Source: an uncultured Holophaga sp.
GTDB lineage: Bacteria > Acidobacteriota > Holophagae > Holophagales > Holophagaceae
Direction: 5' to 3'
Assembly (NCBI GenBank): GCA_963664825.1
Contig: OY761614.1
Span: forward strand, 1,760,001 to 1,824,000
Length of the DNA: 64,000 bases
Positions within the stretch are counted from its first letter, which is position 1. Each line of letters begins with the position of its first letter. The notes under the pieces are model-generated. The model ran no database searches, was not told where the DNA came from, and worked only from the letters and a program-made list of their open reading frames with translations. Shown piece by piece: positions 37,747 to 45,445 of this stretch. The translations under genes and the position numbers were made by a program.

Positions 37747-38964
37747 ATGCCGAGGCGCGTCGCTGTCACCGGGATGGGGATCATCTCCTGCCTCGGGAAC
37801 CGCCTGGAGATCGTCTCAGAGGCCCTCTCCATGGGGCGCTCCGGGATCCGCGGGATGCCGGATTGGCGGGCCCTGGGCCTGCTCTCCTGTGTGGCGGGGG
37901 TGCCAGATCTGGCCGGGGAAGCAGCCATCGACCGGAAGCTCCACCGCTTCATGGGCGATTCGGCCACCTATGCCTACCATGCGATGCGCCATGCCATCGC
38001 CCATGCGGGCTTGGCGCCTGAAAGCCTCTCGCATCCCCGCACGGGCTTGATCCTCGGCGCAGGCGTCGGATCCCTCTTCAATCACGCCAAGACCATGACC
38101 ACCTTTCATTCCAGGGGCATGAAGTGCGTTCCCCCATACGCTGTGCCCAAGATCATGGGCAACACCGCATCGGCGGCCCTGGCCACGGCCTTCCGCATCA
38201 AGGGGATGAGCCTGACCATTTCGTCGGCCTGCGCCAGTTCCGCCCATGCCATCGGTGCCGGGGCCGAGCAGATTCTCCTGGGGAAGCAGGACATCGTATT
38301 CGTGGGGGGCGCCGAGGAGGTCTGCTGGACGACCTCCGTGGGCTTCGACGCCATGGGAGCCCTCTCCACGGCTTGCAACGACGCTCCTGAAACTGCGTCC
38401 CGCCCCTACGATCTTTCCAGGGACGGGTTCGTGCTTGCGGGGGGGGCAGGCGTCCTGGTGCTTGAGGACTGGGCTCACGCCGAAGCCCGGGGAGCCTCCA
38501 TTCATGCCGAGTTGCTGGGATACGGGGCCTGCTCCGATGGGAACGACATGGTGTCCCCATCTTCGGAGGGGGCGGCTCGCTCCATGCGCCTTGCCCTCGA
38601 CCAGGCGGGGCTCGCTAGCGTCGGCTACGTCAATACCCACGCCACGTCCACCCAGGCCGGGGATATCGCCGAAGTGCGGGCCTTGATGGAAGTCTTCGGG
38701 AAAAACATCCCCCTCTTTTCATCGACGAAGGGTCTCTCGGGACATCCCATCGGCGCTTCCGGTGTCCACGAGGCGATCTATTCCATCCTGATGATGAACC
38801 AGGGCTTCCTAGCTGGGGCAGCCAACGTGACGACACTGGATCCGCTTCTGGAGGGTCTGCCGCTGGTGCGCGAAACGGTGAGGGCAGACATCGGGTCCTT
38901 CCTGACCAATAGCTTCGGCTTCGGCGGCACCAATGCCAGCCTCGTTTTCGGGCGGGAAACCTAG
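37747..38964 (+). CDS. beta-ketoacyl-ACP synthase I (FabB-like)
   Basis: ISSACASSAH, SRPYD..RDGFV, NTHATST, SSTK..SGH and NSFGFGGTNA. Confidence 0.88.
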   Translation: MPRRVAVTGMGIISCLGNRLEIVSEALSMGRSGIRGMPDWRALGLLSCVAGVPDLAGEAAIDRKLHRFMGDSATYAYHAMRHAIAHAGLAPESLSHPRTGLILGAGVGSLFNHAKTMTTFHSRGMKCVPPYAVPKIMGNTASAALATAFRIKGMSLTISSACASSAHAIGAGAEQILLGKQDIVFVGGAEEVCWTTSVGFDAMGALSTACNDAPETASRPYDLSRDGFVLAGGAGVLVLEDWAHAEARGASIHAELLGYGACSDGNDMVSPSSEGAARSMRLALDQAGLASVGYVNTHATSTQAGDIAEVRALMEVFGKNIPLFSSTKGLSGHPIGASGVHEAIYSILMMNQGFLAGAANVTTLDPLLEGLPLVRETVRADIGSFLTNSFGFGGTNASLVFGRET

Positions 38965-38989
38965 GCGTGTCCGTCGCCACAATGGAATT

Positions 38990-40504
38990 TTATTCCACGA
39001 GGGTCGACAGTCCTTGTCTCGTTTTCTGGAACACGGGCAGATAGACCCGGAAGGTGCTGCCGTGGCCCAGCCTGCTCTCGACGGTCAGGGCCCCGCCATA
39101 AGCCTGGATTGCGCCGAGAACCACGGGCAGACCCAGCCCCCGACCGGCGAATTTGGTAGTGAAGAAGGGGTCGAATAGCTTTTCCATATCCGCCTCTGCG
39201 ACCCCGCTTCCGCTATCAGAAACTTCCAGGTAGGCGTATTGGGTCTCCTCCGGCTTCCAGCAGACAGGGAATCGATGGGCTTCCGGGATGTCTGTGGCCG
39301 AGCAGGTCCTGAGGCCCACGCGAAGGCTTCCCGGGGCATCCCCCAGGGCCTCCCGGGCGTTGACGAGCAGGTTCATCAGGACCCGCTGTATCTGATCTGT
39401 GCTGGCGATGACCACCGGACCAGGGGGCGGGCAATCCGCTTCCAGCTTCACGGTGCTGGGCAGGGTCCCCCGGAGGAGATGCAGGCTGGCTTGGCAGATC
39501 TCGGCCAGGTCGCAGGGTTCTTGTTGGGCATTGGTCTGTCCAAGGTAGACCCGCATCAGGTTGCTCACCTCCGCAGCCCTTTCGCAGGCCCCCTTGGCCA
39601 TGGTCAGGTATTTGGTGGGGTCTGAACCCCGTGGAAGTTCCTCCAGCAGCTCCAGGCTCGCCATCATCATCTGGAGCTGATTATTGAAGAGATGGGCGAT
39701 GGCTCCTGCCATGCGGCCCAGGCTTTCGGACTTTTGGAGTTGCCGGTTCTCGGCCTCCATGCGCCTGTGTTCGCTGATGTCGCTCACCATGAGGTGGTAG
39801 GCCCCAGGCTCCCTTGCGAGGGCCATATCGAGATGGGCCCAGAAGGGTGTGCCGTCCGCCTTCACCATGCGCAGTTCGCAAGACTGAGGGGCCTTGCTCT
39901 CCAGAAGCTGTTGGCGCCCCAGGAGGTAAAGGCCTTGATCCTCGGGAGCAATGAATTGGGAGATCGTGCGCATGACCAGCCCAGTCTCCCCCACCCCCAG
40001 CAGGGTGGTCGTCGTGAGGTTGGCCTCGAGGATAAGGTCCCGTTCATTAAGGCTGCAATAGCCGATGGGGGCCCGATCATAGAGATCGAAATAGCGGGAC
40101 CTCGTGGTTTTAAGTTCCACTTCCGTTCGGCGCAAGGCCTCGTTTTGTGCCTCCAGTTCGACCTGGCGCACGCGCAGCTCGTGGATGACCTGCTGGGTGG
40201 CTTCGGGGGACATGGCCTCACAGAGATCCAGCAGGGCCTCCAACCGGATGCGCTCCTCGGCCTGCCAGCGTTCCTGGGTCCCATCCCTCCGTTCTTGCGA
40301 CGGGGGTGTCTTAAGGGCCACGTTATCCTGGGGGCTGAAGACCTGGAGAGATGGTGGACACGCGCGGAGCATGCTCAGGGTCTCGCCCTTGCGCCGATGC
40401 TTCGTTCGGCGACGTTCGCCTGAGCTCCGGCGCTCCTCCAAGCGCCTCCGTTCACCGAATCCCTGGCGCTTGAGGTCCTCGCCCTCGCTGGGGGACTGGA
40501 TCAT
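38990..40504 (-). CDS. cytoplasmic PAS-domain sensor histidine kinase
   Basis: HELRV.QVELE.QNE coil, YFDLYD.APIGY PAS, ESLGRMAGAIAHLFNN H-box, DSGSG and PFFTTK..GRGLGL. Confidence 0.88.
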   Translation of the reverse strand: MIQSPSEGEDLKRQGFGERRRLEERRSSGERRRTKHRRKGETLSMLRACPPSLQVFSPQDNVALKTPPSQERRDGTQERWQAEERIRLEALLDLCEAMSPEATQQVIHELRVRQVELEAQNEALRRTEVELKTTRSRYFDLYDRAPIGYCSLNERDLILEANLTTTTLLGVGETGLVMRTISQFIAPEDQGLYLLGRQQLLESKAPQSCELRMVKADGTPFWAHLDMALAREPGAYHLMVSDISEHRRMEAENRQLQKSESLGRMAGAIAHLFNNQLQMMMASLELLEELPRGSDPTKYLTMAKGACERAAEVSNLMRVYLGQTNAQQEPCDLAEICQASLHLLRGTLPSTVKLEADCPPPGPVVIASTDQIQRVLMNLLVNAREALGDAPGSLRVGLRTCSATDIPEAHRFPVCWKPEETQYAYLEVSDSGSGVAEADMEKLFDPFFTTKFAGRGLGLPVVLGAIQAYGGALTVESRLGHGSTFRVYLPVFQKTRQGLSTLVE

Positions 40505-40746
40505 GGCGTCCTCCGAATCTGCCTTGGCTCGCCGTCGACCTGGAATTACGTTTGAAGTGCAGGGCTCACATCATAGTCCCAAATCCGAGCAAGCCCATAC
40601 AGGTTCTCCTCTGGTAGTGGGTCAGTTTGGAAATACTTCCTGGTTGGTCCTCTGCTATACAACAAAGTCGACCCTGGCCCAGGGGTGTCTTGTTGTGTGC
40701 AGCAAAAGTCATACGGCGAAATACGTCAGATTGTTTTTGTCTCGTC

Positions 40747-40774
40747 TTGACTTGGGACAAAATGGTCCGACAAT
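40747..40774 (+). promoter_or_regulatory. putative sigma70 promoter (TTGACT-16 nt-GACAAT)
   Basis: Near-consensus -35 and partial -10 just upstream of the GAGGTGG RBS of the 40792 ORF. Confidence 0.35.
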
Positions 40775-40791
40775 GATGGTTGAGGTGGACC

Positions 40792-41196
40792 ATGGACCCA
40801 CGACAGTTTGAAGCATTGGAGGCAGCAATTCGTTTCAAGATTGCTGCGGAGCAGGTAGCTCTTGAAGCAAAAGCTAAGGAAGATGCAGCCGCAAAAGAGT
40901 ACCAAAAGATCCGGACTGAACTTCTTGCTGGGTCGGCAGGACAACTTCCGTTAGAACCGCTCTCTGGTGAGTTGGGGCCATCCCCGGCCACACCGGATAG
41001 GTCTGTCATCCGCAATGTGGCTGGATACTTTGAAACCCATGTCGGCCATGACGTTCGGATTGAAGAAATTTCCGAACACCTCGGTGGGGTCCCCGCTAGC
41101 AGTGTTCGAAGTGCTCTCTCTCGTCTTGTTGCACTGAACAAGATCAAAAAAGTAGGGAGAGGAACGTATGTTTCACTAACCGGAGGTTCTGCATGA
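40792..41196 (+). CDS. hypothetical protein: N-terminal coiled coil plus C-terminal winged helix-turn-helix
   Basis: IEEISEHL..VPASSVRSALSRLV...KIKKVGRGTY wHTH pattern. Codon usage is more AT-rich than flanking genes. Confidence 0.7.
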   Translation: MDPRQFEALEAAIRFKIAAEQVALEAKAKEDAAAKEYQKIRTELLAGSAGQLPLEPLSGELGPSPATPDRSVIRNVAGYFETHVGHDVRIEEISEHLGGVPASSVRSALSRLVALNKIKKVGRGTYVSLTGGSA

Positions 41197-41233
41197 AGTT
41201 ACTGTGAGGCCGATGGACGGCGGCCAGCATCAA

Positions 41234-41372
41234 TACGAAAACGGCCAGGGAGTGGGATCCCTGGCGCGTTCGTACTGTTTAACCATCATGTCGGGAGGAG
41301 TGCCCCCCATTCTTGTGTCTAAAGTGTAGGGCGCTCCTCCCATGTCTGCAACAAAAACCTCAACATGGGAGG
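41234..41372 (+). promoter_or_regulatory. structured leader with mutually exclusive anti-SD and anti-anti-SD stems
   Basis: Hairpin 41234-41274. Stem 41293-41305/41329-41341 competes with stem 41336-41345/41363-41372, which covers the GGGAGG RBS. Confidence 0.55.
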
Positions 41373-41378
41373 TGGCCT

Positions 41379-41522
41379 ATGGCTTACCGTTTCAAGCCCC
41401 CTGACGACAAAGACGGATGGTGTCTGATTTTCAGAATGACCATCACTGACCCAAGGACTGGGCAGAGCAGGCGTCGTCCCAACGGACGACCTTGGCCGAT
41501 CTGGGTCAAGAATACACAGTAG
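41379..41522 (+). CDS. 47-aa small protein
   Basis: Strong GGGAGGT RBS. Sequence MAYRFKPPDDKDGWCLIFRMTITDPRTGQSRRRPNGRPWPIWVKNTQ, followed by a terminator-like hairpin. Confidence 0.65.
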   Translation: MAYRFKPPDDKDGWCLIFRMTITDPRTGQSRRRPNGRPWPIWVKNTQ

Positions 41523-41534
41523 TTTGTAAGTCCA

Positions 41535-41571
41535 GAGAGGGGCGAGTGTTGACTCGCCCCTCTCAACTTTT
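41535..41571 (+). terminator. intrinsic terminator-like hairpin between convergent genes
   Basis: Perfect 13-bp stem GAGAGGGGCGAGT-GTTG-ACTCGCCCCTCTC followed by AACTTTT. Confidence 0.7.
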
Positions 41572-41590
41572 GTCCGTGAAGAGCCTTTAT

Positions 41591-42802
41591 TTAGCGGCGC
41601 TTCCGCTGCATCTCCGCCACGTCCCGTACGCCGGTGATCGCCGTCTCGATGTGGCCCATGTTATTGAAGGCGCCGATCCCGAAGCGCACGGCGCCGTGGA
41701 GTTTATCGGTGCCCAGATGCTCGTGAACCATGGGCGTGCAGTGCAGGCCCGTGCGGCAGGCGATGTTGTAGTCCACATCCAGCATGGTGCCGACATCCAT
41801 GGCCTCCATGCCGTCCACGTTGAAGGAGAGCACGCTGATGCGCCCCTTGCCCGCGTCCTCCGCGCAGTACATCGTCACGCCCTCGATTTGGGAGAGTCCA
41901 TCCCGCAGCTTGGTCCAGAGTGCCATCTCGTGGCGATGGATGGCCTCCAGGCCGATGCGGTTCACCCATTTCACACCCGCATTGAGGCCGGCGATGCCGG
42001 GCAGGTTCGGTGTGCCGTATTCCATGCGATAGGGATACTCGTCCAGGTGGAGGCGCTGGGCGCTCTTCACGCCGGTGCCCCCGGCGCGGGTGTGCTTGAT
42101 GTCGACGCCTTCCCGCACGTACATGCCGCCGATGCCCATGGGCCCCATCAGGCTCTTGTGGCCGGTGAAACAGACGATATCGGCGTTCAGCTCATCCATC
42201 TTCACCGGCACCATGCCCGCGGTCTGGCTCACGTCCAGGATGAACCGGATGCCCCGTTCCCGGCAGGCCTTCCCCACGGTGGCCGCGTCCTGCACGGTGC
42301 CGATGACATTGGAACCGTGGTTCATCACGACGGCCTTGGTGTTGGCCTTGAACTTGGAAATGATCTCCTGGGGATCCACGTAGCCCTTGGAATCGAAATC
42401 CACCCAGTCCACCTGGGCGCCATCCTGCTCCAGTTTCCAGAGGGGGCGGAGGCTGGCGTTGTGCTCCACGTGGGTGGTGACGACGTGGTCGCCGGGTTCG
42501 ATGCTGCCCCAGATGGCCAGATTGAGGGCGTCCGTGGAGTTGTAGCCAAAGACCAGGCGATTGGATTCCGTGCCGCCGAAGAAGGCCGTCAGCAACTTGC
42601 GGGTCTCGTCCACAAGGCTCCCGGCCTCCAGACAGAGATCGAAGCCGCTGCGGCCGGGATTGACGCCCGCGCTGCGGTAGAACGTGTCCATGAAGGCGTA
42701 GACTTCCGGCGGCTTGGGAAAGGAGGTGGCCCCGTTATCGAGGTAGATCATCTTCACCTCGGGGGGGATGGGCAGGTTGAGAAAGGGGCTATTGGTGTTC
42801 AT
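41591..42802 (-). CDS. class V PLP aminotransferase / cysteine desulfurase family protein
   Basis: IYLDNGATSFPKP, EHNA, D.SQTAG, FTGHKSLMGP (PLP Lys), EYGTPN and CRTGLHCTP (catalytic Cys region). Confidence 0.9.
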   Translation of the reverse strand: MNTNSPFLNLPIPPEVKMIYLDNGATSFPKPPEVYAFMDTFYRSAGVNPGRSGFDLCLEAGSLVDETRKLLTAFFGGTESNRLVFGYNSTDALNLAIWGSIEPGDHVVTTHVEHNASLRPLWKLEQDGAQVDWVDFDSKGYVDPQEIISKFKANTKAVVMNHGSNVIGTVQDAATVGKACRERGIRFILDVSQTAGMVPVKMDELNADIVCFTGHKSLMGPMGIGGMYVREGVDIKHTRAGGTGVKSAQRLHLDEYPYRMEYGTPNLPGIAGLNAGVKWVNRIGLEAIHRHEMALWTKLRDGLSQIEGVTMYCAEDAGKGRISVLSFNVDGMEAMDVGTMLDVDYNIACRTGLHCTPMVHEHLGTDKLHGAVRFGIGAFNNMGHIETAITGVRDVAEMQRKRR

Positions 42803-42894
42803 GGAGGACCTCCAGAGGAGTGCATGGATTAGAGAAAAGGAAGGAACCACGGTTCGGCTTTTGGGTCGCGCAGAAGTCGACGAGAAGCGGGGGA

Positions 42895-44226
42895 TCAGGG
42901 CATAAGCGCGTCGGCCACCACTTCGGCGACGGTCTTGATCTGGACCTTGAGCTTGTATTCCTTGTTGAGTTCCGTGAGCTGGTCCACGCAGTTGTGGCAG
43001 GGGGTGACGACGATGGCGGCACCCGTGTCGCGGATCTGCTGGGCCTTCATGCCGCCGGACTTGAGGCGGCGTTCCTTGTAGCGCCCCATGGCCAGCTGGC
43101 CGCCCCCCCCTCCGCAGCAGAAGTTGTGCTCGCGGTTGGGGGTCATCTCGATGAAGTTGGCGGCGCTGGCCCTCAGCACCCGGCGCTGGGCCTCGCAGAG
43201 GCCGCCGTGGCGCACCAGATTGCAGGGATCGTGGAGGGTGACGGGGGCCTGGTTCTTCGCAGGATCGACCTGGATGCGCCCTTCGCGGATGTAGTCGTCC
43301 ATCAGCTCCAGGATGCTCATGACCTTGAAGGGATAGGTGCCCTGGAGCCACTCTGGGCCCTCCCACCGGGCCGAACCGTAGCCATGGCCGCATTCGCCGA
43401 TGACCAGGGTCTCGCAACCCAGCCGCGCCATGGCGTCCACGAGGTTCTGCGTGAGGGCGCCGGCCTGCTTATCGTTGCAGTTGAAGAGCCCGTAGTTCGT
43501 CAGGTCCCAACCGGTGTCGGCGGTGAGCGTCCAGTCCTCCTTGGCCGCCCAGAAAACCTTGGCGCTAGCCTGGAGGCTCAAGGGGAAGAATTTGGGTTCC
43601 CTCGGGTTCACGGTGAAGAGGAACTTGGCGCCCTGCTTGTCCAGGGGCAGCCGGGCCTCGGGATCGCCAGTCTCCATCTGGAGCTCCTCCTCGATCCACT
43701 GCACTGTCTCCACCCAGTCGGTCCGGGTGATGCCCATGTTGTTGCCATGCTGGAGAGCCGTGTCCACAGTGGCCTGGAGATCAGGGGGCGTGAGGCCCAT
43801 GGCCCCAAGGGCCGCCCGGGCCGCCCGGAAGATCTTGGGCAGGGCGATGCCCACGGTGCAGTTCAGCGAGCAGCGGCCGCAGAGGGAACAGCGACCGAAG
43901 ACCGCGTCCACCCAGGCCCGGGCCATGTCCTTGTCCATCTTTCGCGCGCCCAGGAGGCCCGGGGCAAGGCGGCCCAGGACGGTGAATTCGCCCTTGAAGA
44001 CCGAGGCGATCTTGTAGAGCTTGGCGGCGGGGATATTCTCCAGCTCCGGATCCATGCGGTAGTAGTGGCAACTCTCGGCGCAGAGGCCGCAGTGGACGCA
44101 GGTGTTCAGGTAGGAGGCGTCCGCCGCCGTCAGTTTCGACCTGAAGACATCCAGGCCCCGCCTGAAGTCGGCCTCCGTGAGCGATGCGAGGCGGGATTCC
44201 AGTTCATCGAGTTCGGGCATGGTCAT
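42895..44226 (-). CDS. DsrK/HmcF/HdrD-family Fe-S oxidoreductase (2x[4Fe-4S] plus CCG domain)
   Basis: CVHCGLCAESC, CSLCGRCSLNC, GECGHG and HDPCN..CCGGGGG..PCHNC. Confidence 0.88.
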   Translation of the reverse strand: MTMPELDELESRLASLTEADFRRGLDVFRSKLTAADASYLNTCVHCGLCAESCHYYRMDPELENIPAAKLYKIASVFKGEFTVLGRLAPGLLGARKMDKDMARAWVDAVFGRCSLCGRCSLNCTVGIALPKIFRAARAALGAMGLTPPDLQATVDTALQHGNNMGITRTDWVETVQWIEEELQMETGDPEARLPLDKQGAKFLFTVNPREPKFFPLSLQASAKVFWAAKEDWTLTADTGWDLTNYGLFNCNDKQAGALTQNLVDAMARLGCETLVIGECGHGYGSARWEGPEWLQGTYPFKVMSILELMDDYIREGRIQVDPAKNQAPVTLHDPCNLVRHGGLCEAQRRVLRASAANFIEMTPNREHNFCCGGGGGQLAMGRYKERRLKSGGMKAQQIRDTGAAIVVTPCHNCVDQLTELNKEYKLKVQIKTVAEVVADALMP

Positions 44227-44232
44227 GCCTCC

Positions 44233-44856
44233 TCAGGCCCGGTTCCGACCCGGAGGAAACACGCCCCGGCGGCCGAAGAAGGCGCCGGAGTGGTACCGGG
44301 TGGAGAAGAAAAAGAGGCAGTGGCGGATCTTGCCGAGCGGCATATAGACCAGCAGTGCGCAGGTGGCCAGCATCCAGACAGATTGGATCTCGGGCCTGAA
44401 GACGGTCAGTCCCGCCAGGGCCGCGAAGACCGTGGCCAGGAGATTGGAAACGAAGTCGTCCGGACAGGAGAGGCCCCTCAGATGGGCCTTGAAGATCCGC
44501 TTGGCGAAGAGCGCCAGGCCCGCCAGGGCGCCGACGAGCGCCCCAAAGGTGAGGCCCAGGCTCAGGCCGTGGACGTTCAGCCCCCCCAGGCTCAGCACCA
44601 GCAGGGCGAAGGCCGCGAAGAGGCCGCAGTGGTAGAGCATGCCAGCGGCATAGGAGAGGGGATTGCGCCTCACGCTCTCCTTGGCCTGGGGTGCCATGCC
44701 CTTGGTGAAGGCGTAGAGCACTCCGGCCATGGGGTCACCCAGGGCCGGGGCGAAGAGACGGCGCTGGCCGAAGGCCTTGGCGCGATGGAATTCCAGAAGG
44801 AGGGCCGCGGCGCACCAGGCTCCCGCCAGGACCACGGCCAGATGCAGCGCCGCCAC
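44233..44856 (-). CDS. DsrM/HmcE/NarI-like membrane cytochrome b subunit
   Basis: About 5 TM helices, GMLYHCG, LS..DDF and Y.PLGKIRH. Directly upstream of the CCG protein. Confidence 0.7.
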   Translation of the reverse strand: MAALHLAVVLAGAWCAAALLLEFHRAKAFGQRRLFAPALGDPMAGVLYAFTKGMAPQAKESVRRNPLSYAAGMLYHCGLFAAFALLVLSLGGLNVHGLSLGLTFGALVGALAGLALFAKRIFKAHLRGLSCPDDFVSNLLATVFAALAGLTVFRPEIQSVWMLATCALLVYMPLGKIRHCLFFFSTRYHSGAFFGRRGVFPPGRNRA

Positions 44857-45176
44857 TAGACGCAGCCGTCGGGCTTGGGCAGACCGGCCAGTTTGCAGGC
44901 GCCCTTGGCGGGGCCACTGGGGAAGAGCTCATAGATGCGCTTGAGGGGCAGGCCCGTGCCCTTGCACATGGAACGGACCATGGGGGCGGTCTGGTTCTCC
45001 AGGAAGTGGGCGCGGATGAAGCGGATCACGGCCCAGTGGTCCTCGCTGAGCTGCTCGAGGCTTTCCTCCTGCCGGGCCAGGAGGACGGCCAGATCCTCGG
45101 TCCAGACCGAGGGGTCCACCAGGAATCCCTCTTCGTTGAGTTCCAACTGCTTGCCGTTGAATTCGAGAACGGACAT
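44856..45176 (-). CDS. dsrC: DsrC/TusE-family sulfur carrier protein with both C-terminal cysteines
   Basis: EEGFL.DP..W, HW.VI.FIR and YELFPSGPAKGACKLAGLPKPDGCV (Cx10C). Confidence 0.88.
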   Translation of the reverse strand: MSVLEFNGKQLELNEEGFLVDPSVWTEDLAVLLARQEESLEQLSEDHWAVIRFIRAHFLENQTAPMVRSMCKGTGLPLKRIYELFPSGPAKGACKLAGLPKPDGCV

Positions 45177-45232
45177 GAAGCCTCCACAATCGGACTTGGA
45201 TGGGCTCAGGAATCACCCCAGAGGGGGGCTCC

Positions 45233-45251
45233 TATTTGCATATGCAGAATA
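45233..45251. promoter_or_regulatory. palindromic operator candidate TATTTGCATATGCAGAATA
   Basis: Perfect 10-bp core TGCATATGCA about 60 bp upstream of the dsrC start. Confidence 0.45.
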
Positions 45252-45312
45252 ATATTCCTGTGTGCCATCCGCCGGAAGGGAAATAAGTCTCGAGAATCCC
45301 TTCTCAACTCCT

Positions 45313-45328
45313 TGTGACAGCCGTCACA
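45313..45328. promoter_or_regulatory. CRP-type (or Rex-like) box TGTGA-N6-TCACA
   Basis: TGTGACAGCCGTCACA matches the CRP consensus core exactly, upstream of the dsrC operon. Confidence 0.6.
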
Positions 45329-45445
45329 GAGTCTTTCTTCCCTGGGGCGGGCCCAGCGTTCCGCGGGGTGAATTATGTACATTCCCCGGGCGGTGGATTC
45401 TCTTCTCCTGAGTCGTTATCACGGATAACCGTATGGCTCTGGGGC

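Noticed and set aside
42803..43417. 608-aa version of the desulfurase ORF suggesting a fusion
   Set aside because: The extension overlaps the Fe-S gene in another frame and is low-complexity. Homology begins near MNTNSPF/MIYLDN.
42820..44859. Long antisense ORFs (also 47914-50016, 59349-61466, 32870-34693, 19777-21363, 7888-9372)
   Set aside because: Typical stop-poor shadow frames of high-GC genes, with no recognisable motifs.
42895..45176. Evidence of canonical dissimilatory sulfate reduction
   Set aside because: No dsrAB, dsrD, dsrJOP, aprAB or sat in the window, so it cannot be claimed from these genes alone.
45255..45277. Sigma54 promoter for dsrC (TGGCAC on the minus strand)
   Set aside because: No TTGC at the required -12 spacing.
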